Source of the DNA: Candidatus Heimdallarchaeota archaeon
GTDB lineage: Archaea > Asgardarchaeota > Heimdallarchaeia > Hodarchaeales > Hodarchaeaceae
Length of the DNA: 64,000 nucleotides
NCBI GenBank assembly: GCA_011364965.1
Contig: RDOB01000004.1
Location: 1-64,000 of the forward strand
Reading direction: 5' to 3'
Part shown: positions 38,900 to 49,131 of the stretch, one piece after another
Layout of the letters: each line of letters begins with the position of its first letter
Numbering within the stretch: the stretch's first letter is position 1
Notes under the pieces: generated by a model
Database searches by the model: none
Seen by the model: the letters and a program-made list of their open reading frames with translations, nothing else
What the model was told of the DNA's origin: nothing
Translations under genes and position numbers: made by a program

Positions 38900-39241
38900 C
38901 TATTTTAATGTTGAGGGACCACCTTCCCTCTTGACAAGAGCAACAATTATTATTTCAGAGTCAAAATCAGGAATGATTTCGACATCACCAACTTCTAATT
39001 CTAATCTGATACTGCGAGCCACTTCCTTAGAAATCTCTTTAGATATATATTTCACCTTACCCACTAATGAGGCCACATTCGCTGCTACATTTTCTGTATC
39101 CTCTGATGGTAAACTTGATTGAAGTGGTAATCCATCTGTATCACATAGAACTGCTCCATATACTCCCTTGTGTTTTCCTACTGATTCTATTACTTTTTCC
39201 AGTGCTTGTTGGGATAAATATCCTGCTCCTTGTTGTGACAT
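38900..39241 (-). CDS. Roadblock/LC7 protein (paralogue of the adjacent gene)
   Basis: HKGVYGAVLCDTDGLPLQSSL...VASLVGKV...IIPD; 8-nt gap to the next gene. Confidence 0.92.
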   Translation of the reverse strand: MSQQGAGYLSQQALEKVIESVGKHKGVYGAVLCDTDGLPLQSSLPSEDTENVAANVASLVGKVKYISKEISKEVARSIRLELEVGDVEIIPDFDSEIIIVALVKREGGPSTLK

Positions 39242-39574
39242 TTTTCTTCAGAATCCGTATTATTTAAGGATACTTTTAACCTTTTGCTTTCTAATCCTAT
39301 TTTATTAGATTCTTATTTCTCTGTGCTTCAAGTAAGCTATAATGTAGATCAAAAGAAATAGAGAATGGATAAACTTTTATGACATATAATTTAGTATAAT
39401 TCTAATAAAAAATTTAATTTCATCGGTTTCCCACTGAATTAATAGACCTAACGTCAAGAAATGGAAATCATTCGATATTTCAGTATGAATACTAAAAATT
39501 CAGAGAAAAATATAGGGCTTTCAAACAAAGTTCCGTCACAGATAGCTTTAAATGTCAAAGACTTGTAGGGTCAT

Positions 39575-40024
39575 ATGATAAAATACTTGTGTGTGACATT
39601 TATGTCTGATAACAAGAAAAAGGTAAATCAAGAGCCAGAGGATAAATTGAATCTGATTTTAGACGCAATGAACACTCTAGCTGAACGTATTTCTAGTTTA
39701 GATAATAGAATTTCGAAGATAGAAGAAAAAATTGCCTCTACAGAAATTATAAATGAGGTGAATTTTGAAGGAAACGATAACGACCAAAGACAAAGTAAAT
39801 TTAATTTTAATGAACTAGACAAACATTTACGGGATACTTATGACATTTTATCTAACTCTAACAAACCCATGACCGCTTCAGATGTCGCGGAGAGAAGAGG
39901 ATTGAGTCGAAGTACGATCAGTTATCACTTGAACCAATTAGTTACTTATGGATTAGCAAGTAAGGATCAAGGAAGAGCACCAGATTCTAAAAAAGTATTT
40001 TTCCAACCGAAAGATCCTGAATAA
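39575..40024 (+). CDS. Coiled-coil plus winged-HTH regulator
   Basis: N-terminal coiled coil; MTASDVAERRGLSRSTISYHLNQLV..GL...KVFF. The true start is probably ATG 39602. Confidence 0.8.
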   Translation: MIKYLCVTFMSDNKKKVNQEPEDKLNLILDAMNTLAERISSLDNRISKIEEKIASTEIINEVNFEGNDNDQRQSKFNFNELDKHLRDTYDILSNSNKPMTASDVAERRGLSRSTISYHLNQLVTYGLASKDQGRAPDSKKVFFQPKDPE

Positions 40025-40071
40025 CATCAATAATCAGAAAAAAAGAGAAAATGGGGGAAAAAAAGAGGATA

Positions 40072-40617
40072 TTATTGAGAAGTGTATGATAGAATGTCTT
40101 CCCCAAGATAAGCAAAAGCCTTCTTTACTCCTTCTCCAGTTTTAGCTGATGTTTCTATGAATTTTATGCCGAGTTTTGCGGCCAATTTGCTACCTTCTTC
40201 CGTAGAAACCGTTTCAGCTCCTTCCTCACGAAGGTCTATTTTATTCGCTAGAAGAACTACTGGTACTTTTGTTTCACGGCCAGAATTTGCCCAGAGGTCA
40301 TTTAGCCATTTCTCTGCATTCTCAAAAGTTTGGCGACGAGTAACATCATATACAAGTACACCACCAAATATCTTTGTATAGTAGGCTTTTACGACTTCTT
40401 TAAAGACAGGTTGACCTGCTAAGTCCCAAATTTGCCACCGAATTTGAGTACTCCCAATCTCGGTATCATATAGGGCAAAATCAGCTCCCATTGTACTCAA
40501 ATAGTCAGTATCAAAACCTTCACCAAGATATCGTTTTCGTAAAGAAGTTTTCCCGACAGCTCCATCACCAGCTAATACTATTTTCCATAATCGTCGATCG
40601 TCTGAAATTTTTCTCAC
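40072..40617 (-). CDS. Rab-like small GTPase
   Basis: GDGAVGKT, YLSTMG, WDLAGQ, NKID, ETSAK; no C-terminal prenylation motif. Confidence 0.95.
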   Translation of the reverse strand: MRKISDDRRLWKIVLAGDGAVGKTSLRKRYLGEGFDTDYLSTMGADFALYDTEIGSTQIRWQIWDLAGQPVFKEVVKAYYTKIFGGVLVYDVTRRQTFENAEKWLNDLWANSGRETKVPVVLLANKIDLREEGAETVSTEEGSKLAAKLGIKFIETSAKTGEGVKKAFAYLGEDILSYTSQ

Positions 40618-40622
40618 CTTTC

Positions 40623-41369
40623 CTAATTAGGTAATTTTAATGATATCAAGGTATCTCGTACCCATTGTGTGAATGTAATATCGTTACTTACAATCCGATC
40701 TACTTGAATTTTGTAATCAGAGGCTGCAATTTCGGTAGGAATGATTATAAATGAATCCTTATTTGCAACAGGTTGCAAACGAATCATAGGTTTCTCAACT
40801 TTGGATGCATCATCAGCAGCAGCTAATTCCAACTCAAGTAAAAATAGAAAATCCTTTGTTTTTATATCATCGAATCCATATTTAACCATATTGTCTTCAG
40901 GTTTTAAATCTAGTAACACCCGACTCCATTCGCTAATCCAATATTCATCTGTAAACCAGTGTTCTAGGTATTCCTTTCTTCGAGCTCGTAATTCGCTCAA
41001 AACAACCATATAACGGATCATCCCTTCCCGAACTCTTTTCATTAAGTTCAATCCTGGTTTATCATACAGTTCATTTAACTTAGCTCGCTCTTTACTTAGG
41101 AGGACCATAATTTTTACAATTTCCTCAAGTTCCCGATCACTAGCGATGGGAACGTACTTTGATACTTTTTCTAACCAAGAAATCGTATTTACAACTTCCT
41201 GTTCTGAAACTTCCTTACCACGAATTGCAGCAAGGGTCTTTTGAATCAGACCTTTATTTTTGATTATTTCAATATGCTCTTTCTTCTGAGCCATCTTACG
41301 ATTTTTTATCATTTCCTCAACTTTAATCGTAGCATACTGGTCGTGTTGTCGTTCCAATTTCGATTTCAC
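40623..41369 (-). CDS. Hypothetical protein co-operonic with the Rab-like GTPase
   Basis: 248-aa, mostly helical ORF ending 5 nt before the GTPase start. Confidence 0.7.
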   Translation of the reverse strand: MKSKLERQHDQYATIKVEEMIKNRKMAQKKEHIEIIKNKGLIQKTLAAIRGKEVSEQEVVNTISWLEKVSKYVPIASDRELEEIVKIMVLLSKERAKLNELYDKPGLNLMKRVREGMIRYMVVLSELRARRKEYLEHWFTDEYWISEWSRVLLDLKPEDNMVKYGFDDIKTKDFLFLLELELAAADDASKVEKPMIRLQPVANKDSFIIIPTEIAASDYKIQVDRIVSNDITFTQWVRDTLISLKLPN

Positions 41370-41571
41370 CTTCTCTTATATCAAGGTAACGAAAAATAAT
41401 AAAAAATACCTTCGTTTAGAATCATTCGGAGTCATTTAACTGCTTAGAATTCGTGAATGTTATCACATAAATAAATGTTGATACTGCCAAATTTGTAGTT
41501 TTGTATTTAAAAGATTTTTAACGCGGAGAGTAATGCTTACTAATTCATTCTTCTTCTTTTTTAATGTTAAA

Positions 41572-43263
41572 TTACTCTGAATATGTATCAACTCGTTTTA
41601 CATATCCTAATTTGCGTAATTGCTCCAATGATTGTTGTTCAATTTCATGATCTCTCTTAGTTATTTTAGCAGCTGTTTCGGGAGATAGAATATTTGAGGT
41701 AAACAAAGCCCTAACAGTGGGTCTTAATTCCTCTGGAAGAGAAAGCATCCCTAATGTGTCAAACGCTTGGATTTGGATGTATTTAGGTGGTTCTGTACAA
41801 TCACAAATCTTCTTACCAATTTTCTCTTCTAGACTTCGACGTTTAGCACGTGGATTAATACCCACTTCCCGAAGAAAATCATGTCTTGCATTATGAGGTG
41901 TTGTAAATTCAAAAAAGAGAAGCTCTTGGACCTCAGGGTTTTGGTAATTTTTCCTCACAAAGTCTTTGAATAATTCTTCAGGATCTCCCCGTAATAAGTC
42001 TTTTTCTCCTCCATAAGAGAGAATCTTACTTCGTAAAGAATCAGAAACAGTAGTTATATCGAAAATAAAACTTTCAAAGATCTCCTCTACTAATTTATTA
42101 GCCCCTTTAAACCCTCCTAATCTTCCTGTATTTCCAAAATCATTTATTGCATCATTGTATTCAAGTTCAAATTTCTTGATAAAATTAAACAACATATCTG
42201 TCAATGACTCATTCATTGTAGGGCTATATAAAATTCCCACAACTTTTTTACCTTTTCTCTGAATAATTTTAATGTTGCCATTATCAATATAGCGCAAATC
42301 TCCTCTTCTGCCAGCAGTTTCGGAAACCATAAGAGCAATACTTGCCATTGCGGCTGTAATCAAAGCTGGATTTTTCATTTCGTCTTCAGATTTGCCAAAA
42401 AAATAATAGTACATTGTAGAACCTGAACTTATTCCAGTAATAAACAAAGCAATTGGTGGAGCTTCAGATTCATCAACTTGTTCAATAAAAGTTCCTTTCT
42501 CAGCACTCTGATAATACTTATTGCTCAAATCATCAAAAATGTCATTAAATCTGGATTCAGGATTTTCTATGACGAAAACACCTTTGTCTGGGAATTCATT
42601 TAATTCATTAGACCAAGGAATAGAATAGAATACAGGATGTCGTAACTTTGTCTCTAAACTTTCGATATATTGATCATATTGGTTAAAAACAATTGGAGGC
42701 CTAATCATATTAAGTATTAAAAGGCTGGGCTTTGTTAAGAAGGTGAAGAAGTTTTTAATTGTAGATTTTGTGAGATTAAGGGTAGGATATTTTTCTGTTG
42801 ATATAGTCCAAACTATATCACTATTTAAGATAGCACTCATTGAAATTGATTTATCCTCGAGGCTAGAAGGAAGAATAAAAACTAGGAGGTTGATCGTGTC
42901 TTTAAAAAATAGACTATTAGTCCTATACCTTATCTTCTCATGTAGATCAGTATCTGGGATAGCACAGCCTGAAGATGGCAAAACACGTAAAAAAGAGTCT
43001 TCATTTGCATCTTCAAAGATAACTAATGCCTCTTCTACAAGTATATCATCAGAGATCTCACGAATGAAATCAGAACTAGTAAAATGAGACTTTCCATAAG
43101 ATAATAAGCTATATCGTAGTTTTTCCGTAATGGAAAAATCTACTATCAAAATTCGTGACCCTGGATTCGAACGTGCATAAGATGTGAAAACATTCAGCGC
43201 AATAGTCTTTTTTCCACATCCTGAAGTTCTTGAATAGATACTAATAATTTTGGGGGGAACCAA
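41572..43263 (-). CDS. Degenerate MinD/ParA-like ATPase fused to longin-like and wHTH-like domains
   Basis: IISIYSRTSGCGKKT, ILIVD, ILNM, IPW; middle ALFIT..SG..MY...LITA.M..I...E...IDNG..KI; C-terminal wHTH-like L.QL..LGYV. Confidence 0.7.
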   Translation of the reverse strand: MVPPKIISIYSRTSGCGKKTIALNVFTSYARSNPGSRILIVDFSITEKLRYSLLSYGKSHFTSSDFIREISDDILVEEALVIFEDANEDSFLRVLPSSGCAIPDTDLHEKIRYRTNSLFFKDTINLLVFILPSSLEDKSISMSAILNSDIVWTISTEKYPTLNLTKSTIKNFFTFLTKPSLLILNMIRPPIVFNQYDQYIESLETKLRHPVFYSIPWSNELNEFPDKGVFVIENPESRFNDIFDDLSNKYYQSAEKGTFIEQVDESEAPPIALFITGISSGSTMYYYFFGKSEDEMKNPALITAAMASIALMVSETAGRRGDLRYIDNGNIKIIQRKGKKVVGILYSPTMNESLTDMLFNFIKKFELEYNDAINDFGNTGRLGGFKGANKLVEEIFESFIFDITTVSDSLRSKILSYGGEKDLLRGDPEELFKDFVRKNYQNPEVQELLFFEFTTPHNARHDFLREVGINPRAKRRSLEEKIGKKICDCTEPPKYIQIQAFDTLGMLSLPEELRPTVRALFTSNILSPETAAKITKRDHEIEQQSLEQLRKLGYVKRVDTYSE

Positions 43264-43398
43264 TTCCTTAACAGCTCAGATTGTGCTAGTTCAAACTAGT
43301 AATAGTGGTGATATCTCTAAAAAATGCATTAATTTCGATATTCTTTGAAGCTTGTATATGTATATGCTATTCGTACTTTTTCTACTTTTCGATAGCGG

Positions 43399-44244
43399 TC
43401 AATATTTATAGAATCCTTCTCCTGATTTTCGACCCAATTTTCCTGCACGAACCATTTTTCTTAATAGAGGACAAGCTTGGAATTTAGGCCCAAATTCGTC
43501 TCTTAAGTAGTCCAAAATATGTAGAGCCGTATCTAAACCTATCAAATCTCCAAGAGTCAGTGGACCCATAGGATGTGCAAGTCCTAGCTTGATTGATTTA
43601 TCAATCTCCTCTACAGATCCTAATCCATCTTGCAACATAAACACCGCCTCATTAAGTATAATAACTGCAAGTCGTGTTGTAGCAAAACCGGGTAGATCAT
43701 TAATTACAACAGTTTCCTTCTGGATAATTTTGCAGTATTCAATTGAAGTGTTTAAAGTATCTTCAGAAGTGACTTCTCCCTTGATAACCTCAACCAGTTT
43801 CATCATTGGAACTGGATTAAAGAAATGTAATCCAATGAACTTTGTTTGACGTTCAGCTGAAACAGAGGATGCTAAATCGGTTATACTGATAGCAGATGTA
43901 TTAGATGCAATTATACAATCTTTCTTACAAATAATGTCTAATTTAGCGAAAGTTTCCTTCTTTAATGAAATTATTTCAGGAATGGCCTCTATTATTAGAT
44001 CACAATCCTTAAAATCCTTCAAATCCAAGGATGCTTTAATTTTACCCATGATCTTAGGAACATCAGTCTCAAGTAATTTTTCCTTTTTAACCATCCTACT
44101 GAGAGACTTTTCCATCTCGGTTAGTCCCCTGTCGATGAATTTTTGTTCTATATCATATAATAGAACATTATATCCAGCAATTGCACTAACCTGGGCAATT
44201 CCATTGCCCATAATCCCTGCACCAAGAATTCCTATAGTTTGCAT
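43399..44244 (-). CDS. hbd: 3-hydroxybutyryl-CoA / 3-hydroxyacyl-CoA dehydrogenase
   Basis: GAGIMGNGIA, IEAIPE, SNTS, GLHFFNP, HPMGPL...D.IGLD, LGRKSGEGFY. Start reassigned to ATG 44244. Confidence 0.93.
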   Translation of the reverse strand: MQTIGILGAGIMGNGIAQVSAIAGYNVLLYDIEQKFIDRGLTEMEKSLSRMVKKEKLLETDVPKIMGKIKASLDLKDFKDCDLIIEAIPEIISLKKETFAKLDIICKKDCIIASNTSAISITDLASSVSAERQTKFIGLHFFNPVPMMKLVEVIKGEVTSEDTLNTSIEYCKIIQKETVVINDLPGFATTRLAVIILNEAVFMLQDGLGSVEEIDKSIKLGLAHPMGPLTLGDLIGLDTALHILDYLRDEFGPKFQACPLLRKMVRAGKLGRKSGEGFYKY

Positions 44245-44432
44245 TTTTATTCCCTTTTTTTCTTTAATAATACAGTCATGAAAATTAATTTCCAGTGGAA
44301 GTATAAGAATTTTGACCAATTTTGGCAATCATTATTAACTGCGGAAAATAACCAACTCTAATTTCGGTAGCTAGCAGAAATTAAGTAAATCATGATGGTT
44401 TATTATATATCTATTAATTGGATTTTTACTGG

Positions 44433-45971
44433 CTATTTCCTTCTCATTAATATAACTAGAGGTGGGAAGCTATTCAAAAGAATAAGAATAGCGGGAACCA
44501 AAATGAAAAAAGAGTATAAATCCAGAAATTCATTAAGCACTTCTAATTCATCATATCCTCTTTTAATCACTGCAGATGGATCTTTTAGGAACAGAATGAA
44601 GATTGATGAGTTCTCTTCTACAGGAAATTCATCTGATAAATTGACAGAACAGTTTACACCAAGATTATTGTACTCTCTTTGATTCGATTTCCAGAAAAAG
44701 ACACGAATTGTTGTAATGATATAATTGTAAGTTTCTGGTTCTCCTATTAGATGAATTTGCGTACTTTCTATGAATATTTGACTTGGAATAGTATTATAAG
44801 AAATTCCCCCGTCGGAAATCAACGGTTCATCAATATATTCCTCAGAAGAAACATTATAAAAGCTAAAAGACAATTCTATCTCTCGGTTTGGTAGTGGTTG
44901 TTTCTCGATCTTTAAAATGACCATATAGGTCATATCAACATCGAATCGGAACTCTCCGAGATACTGAGGAGAATTATTATATAGCGATATCGAGTTTTCT
45001 GATATTAAAAATTCATTGTCATTTAGAGCTTGCGAATATGAGCGATTTATTTCCATTGATCTCAAGTTTATGGCAAATGGAGTGATTAAAAATAGTAGAA
45101 GAAAAAATATACTTAAAACAGTTGGTATAGCATAATATTTCCTAGAAAAATATCTTATTCTGTCAGTCCTAATGAATAGCAAGATAGTCATTATTAATCC
45201 CAATAAACCCACAATTATACCCCCAAGAACAGCTAACAATGTAGGTAACAAAATAAACGCTAATCCAATTCTTGCATCGCTTCTAAACCAAGGATTGCTT
45301 ATATTCATTCTATATGTTGAAGAAGTTACAAGTATAACACTGAATAATGAAAAACCTAAAACAAGAACTAGAAATAAAATGAAACTGAAACGTAAAGAAT
45401 CAGATTTAATACTTATGGAGTTTAAATGTTTTTCAGAACTTGCTAGACTAGTTTTGGTCTTATCTAAGTCTGGAGGAGTACCTTCAGGAATTGGAGAGGC
45501 TCCTCTCCTTATTAAGGTATCAAGTACAATATAAAATATAATTATTGGGATGAAAAGGGCAATAGTCCAAGGAAAAACGGGATTTAATATTCCAGGTTCT
45601 AATAACATCGGAATGAAGAAAGATTCCGTTTTTAAAAAGAAGAAGAAGAGAAGGAGAATATAAATAAGATAAATATAAAGAAATGATGTTATATATTTGG
45701 ATTTTAATCTTTCTTGACGAAATTTTTCTAATCTATCAATTAAATTGTCTAGTGGGAATAAAATAAAAAGGGAATAAATACTTGCTAGTATGATCAAAAT
45801 GATTGGATGAATAACAATATGAAAAGGAGGGGAATTCTCAATCACCAAATCTATTTGGGATAAAAAAGTAGCCAATATTAAGGAAAAAAAATATATTGGA
45901 TAAACGTACTTAAGATGAGGAAATTTCGAACACAGGTCATAAATTTTTTCTTTTAACAACATGAAATTCAC
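44433..45971 (-). CDS. Multi-pass membrane protein with extracytoplasmic beta domain
   Basis: About 7 N-terminal hydrophobic helices, a soluble beta-rich domain, and a C-terminal TM helix. Confidence 0.65.
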   Translation of the reverse strand: MNFMLLKEKIYDLCSKFPHLKYVYPIYFFSLILATFLSQIDLVIENSPPFHIVIHPIILIILASIYSLFILFPLDNLIDRLEKFRQERLKSKYITSFLYIYLIYILLLFFFFLKTESFFIPMLLEPGILNPVFPWTIALFIPIIIFYIVLDTLIRRGASPIPEGTPPDLDKTKTSLASSEKHLNSISIKSDSLRFSFILFLVLVLGFSLFSVILVTSSTYRMNISNPWFRSDARIGLAFILLPTLLAVLGGIIVGLLGLIMTILLFIRTDRIRYFSRKYYAIPTVLSIFFLLLFLITPFAINLRSMEINRSYSQALNDNEFLISENSISLYNNSPQYLGEFRFDVDMTYMVILKIEKQPLPNREIELSFSFYNVSSEEYIDEPLISDGGISYNTIPSQIFIESTQIHLIGEPETYNYIITTIRVFFWKSNQREYNNLGVNCSVNLSDEFPVEENSSIFILFLKDPSAVIKRGYDELEVLNEFLDLYSFFILVPAILILLNSFPPLVILMRRK

Positions 45972-46285
45972 CTTTTAAAACAGATTTGATGAAATTTTAT
46001 TTAATTGAGGATTCCTAGTTTATGAACTTTTATTCTATTGAGGAAAAAAAGGATTTCTAGAGTAATTTAGCATTATATTAATAGAATTATCTCACAAGAG
46101 AATAAATAAATCACCAACATCTATCCGACATTCTCATAACTAGATAAAAGTATTAACAGATTCATTCCCATATAAGAATCTCACAATCGATTCAAATCCA
46201 TATAAAATATTCTTTTGCATTAGCAAAAGTAGATTGGAATAAATAATCTGAAACGAATATTCCATTAAAAAGGAAAAAATGCTTA

Positions 46286-47116
46286 GTGGTGAACCGAACA
46301 TTGACCCAAGATATGCAAGATGAAGAACCGAAATATCATCTTTCTTTAGATGAAGTGGGCGTAACTGACTTTTACACACAAATTTCAGTGACTAGAGGGA
46401 CCAAGATATATCGATATACGTTGAAAATTACTGTAGTTATTAATTTGCCATCTTCGCGAAAAGGAGCGCATTTATCACGATTTGTTGAAGCAATCGCAGA
46501 CATATTAAGTAGCGAAGAGCAATCATATTATTCCCTCGAAGAAATGTCAATTCATATATTGAAAACCTTGAATGAACGCCATCCGTTCGAAAAAGGGTCA
46601 ATTACATTAGATTTCATTTTCTTTGCCTCGAGATTGACTCCTGCATCCAAGAAAAAGACAAAGGAGAGCTATATTGCAAAATTAATAACCACTTGGGAGC
46701 TCGGCAATACCCTCCATGAATTACAGCTAGGAACATATGGAAATACTGTTTGTCCACACGCACTTTCATTAAATAAAACTGGAAACACCCACATTCAACG
46801 AGCCTATGGAGAGGTTAGAGTTAAAGGACGAACTGAAGATATTCCAGATATGGAAGAACTCTCTAGGGTCTTAGATCAAAGTTTTTCAGCTCCAACATAT
46901 AGCTTGTTGAAATCCGAAGATGAACTGTGGATTGTTAATCAAATGCATAAAAATCCGCTATTTGTTGAAGATGTGACGAGAAATATCTTAGAATTTACCA
47001 AAGAGAAATTCTCGCATCACGATCTTGAGATACAAGCAAAAACTGTTTCACAAGAATCTATTCACAAACATAATGTTGTCTCAAAAGGGAGTATTCGAAT
47101 AAATAAAAAAAATTAA
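46286..47116 (+). CDS. mptA: GTP cyclohydrolase FolE2/MptA family
   Basis: D.Q, VGV, KGAHLSRF, TVCP, H.QR, LLK.EDE, NP.FVED..R, ESIHKH. Confidence 0.88.
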   Translation: MVNRTLTQDMQDEEPKYHLSLDEVGVTDFYTQISVTRGTKIYRYTLKITVVINLPSSRKGAHLSRFVEAIADILSSEEQSYYSLEEMSIHILKTLNERHPFEKGSITLDFIFFASRLTPASKKKTKESYIAKLITTWELGNTLHELQLGTYGNTVCPHALSLNKTGNTHIQRAYGEVRVKGRTEDIPDMEELSRVLDQSFSAPTYSLLKSEDELWIVNQMHKNPLFVEDVTRNILEFTKEKFSHHDLEIQAKTVSQESIHKHNVVSKGSIRINKKN

Positions 47117-47142
47117 GCCTCCTCTATATTATTGAAGCTGAT

Positions 47143-48495
47143 TTAATCGTTATCTCCGAAAATTCTGTCTCTAAATTTCCTCGCGGCGGCAAAAATACCT
47201 ACACTACCAGCGGACATAGCTTTTTTGCCCGCAGTTATAACTAGATCTGTTTTAGTTATCTCGCCAGTTTTTAATCTTTCTAAATAATCTACAAGATTAT
47301 CATATGGAGGTAAAAAGTCAAATCTATAAATTTCGGATTCCCAATATCCACCACCTCTCTGTATGGTATAGAAGGCCATAACAACTAACAAGATTATTAC
47401 CATAAATATGAGTGTGATGTCATGATAAGCTTCAGAGAAATCCAACCCCCCGAAAAGAGTTTCATAAACGGAAGCATATCCACTTAAAATCTGTAATTGG
47501 ATTAGATGAAAACCTAGGGCTAATCCTAGGTATATTAAAACAACCCCTTCTCCCCCTACAAACCCAATAAATCGACCAATTCGAAAGGGATCTTCCTTTG
47601 CTTGTTTATCACTTTTTATAGTAGGATCATGAACTACACCTTTCATTTTAATGCGACGAGATATGTTTTGGGCACTATATAGCAAAGAAAAAGTTACTAA
47701 AATGAAATCAAAACTCGTAATGATATTTTCAGATCCACTAACCGATGTAAAGAAAATCATTATCTGATTTGGGAGAGTCATGATAAAGAAAAATCCAATA
47801 CTGGTATTGAATACATCATCTGTAAATATCCACCCGCGAACACACAAAATAACTATTATTCCGACTGCTGTACCAAATATTCCAACTAAGGAATAACTGA
47901 AATGGTTTTGAGTAAATCCAAGATAGGTAATAATTAGATTCCAAATTATTGAAAGAAACGCGATAAGTGCCATAATACCTGAAAATATTGATTTTTGATC
48001 TGAACGCGGTTTCCCAAGAAAAAGGATGCTTCCTGTTATTTTATTAGAAAACATGCCTTTAGAAAAGGCGAATGAAGCTAAGGGAACAAGAAGGGCCCAG
48101 CTGAAAAATGTAAATAAGGGAAAAAGCTGAATCAATAGATCAGAGAAGATTGCAAGAGCCTCAATTCCTTGAGATAACAGGTAGAATGCCTGTACAACAA
48201 TTACAAGTATCAAGAGAAGAAGGAAACGGAGAATTAAGTTCAATTTCTTTGAAACTAGGCCAGAAAGTATCAATCCTATAGCAATGCTGATTTGAAGCAC
48301 AAAAATAAAACGAAGCAACTCTGGGGTAACCAAAGATGAATTCTGGCCTTGTATTACTACTAATCCAGTGGAGAACAATGATGTTAGAAATAAAATTACA
48401 GAGAATAAGATCATTCTACGAGATAGTAGAATTCTAATCCCACCAAACATAACAGATTTCAAATAATCATAGAAAGCTCGTTCTACATAACTCAA
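47143..48495 (-). CDS. Polytopic membrane protein of unknown function
   Basis: About 10 hydrophobic helices. Confidence 0.7.
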   Translation of the reverse strand: MSYVERAFYDYLKSVMFGGIRILLSRRMILFSVILFLTSLFSTGLVVIQGQNSSLVTPELLRFIFVLQISIAIGLILSGLVSKKLNLILRFLLLLILVIVVQAFYLLSQGIEALAIFSDLLIQLFPLFTFFSWALLVPLASFAFSKGMFSNKITGSILFLGKPRSDQKSIFSGIMALIAFLSIIWNLIITYLGFTQNHFSYSLVGIFGTAVGIIVILCVRGWIFTDDVFNTSIGFFFIMTLPNQIMIFFTSVSGSENIITSFDFILVTFSLLYSAQNISRRIKMKGVVHDPTIKSDKQAKEDPFRIGRFIGFVGGEGVVLIYLGLALGFHLIQLQILSGYASVYETLFGGLDFSEAYHDITLIFMVIILLVVMAFYTIQRGGGYWESEIYRFDFLPPYDNLVDYLERLKTGEITKTDLVITAGKKAMSAGSVGIFAAARKFRDRIFGDND

Positions 48496-48606
48496 ATCTA
48501 TCGCTCCAAATATTTTTTCAGATCATTTAGATTAACCTAGCTATATTAATAGAAATTTTAAATTCTTCGTATAGAGGAATTAAAAAATTTCAAATGGTGA
48601 GAAAAA

Positions 48607-48903
48607 ATGAATTTAGAAGAAATATCCAAGCACATTGACGAATTTATTCAGGAACAAGGGGGTTACTGGGATATTCCATGGTTACTCTCTGCTATAACTG
48701 AAGAGGTTGGAGAACTATCCCGTGCGCTTCAAATTTTCTCAAAAATTAGAAAAACTGCTCCTAGAGAGCCAAAAAATGATAAAAATCTTATTGAAGAAGA
48801 AGTGGGAGACATATTATTCGCTTTAACTTGTTTAACAAATTTTTTAAAAATCGATTTGGAAATCGCAGTTTTAAAAACGCTTAACAAGTATAGAAATCGA
48901 TAA
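48607..48903 (+). CDS. MazG-like nucleotide pyrophosphohydrolase
   Basis: GGYW, EEVGEL, EEVGD.LF, ID.E.A...LNKY. Confidence 0.9.
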   Translation: MNLEEISKHIDEFIQEQGGYWDIPWLLSAITEEVGELSRALQIFSKIRKTAPREPKNDKNLIEEEVGDILFALTCLTNFLKIDLEIAVLKTLNKYRNR

Positions 48904-49131
48904 ATTACCCATAAATGGAGAATTCTACCCAGAGATTTCAAAAGCTCTTGAATGAAGAGAAAAGAAAGGGCTTTCGATACCGCTAGCTGACGCTTTTTAT
49001 TAGTAAAATTTTATTATTAAATCAGTCAAAAAAACCGTATAAATATGTGGGGAATTGTTTGAAATTAGTTGAAACCCTCCTAAAACGGTTAGAACAATAA
49101 AAAAAATATATTAGAGTAAAAGGTTTTTAAA

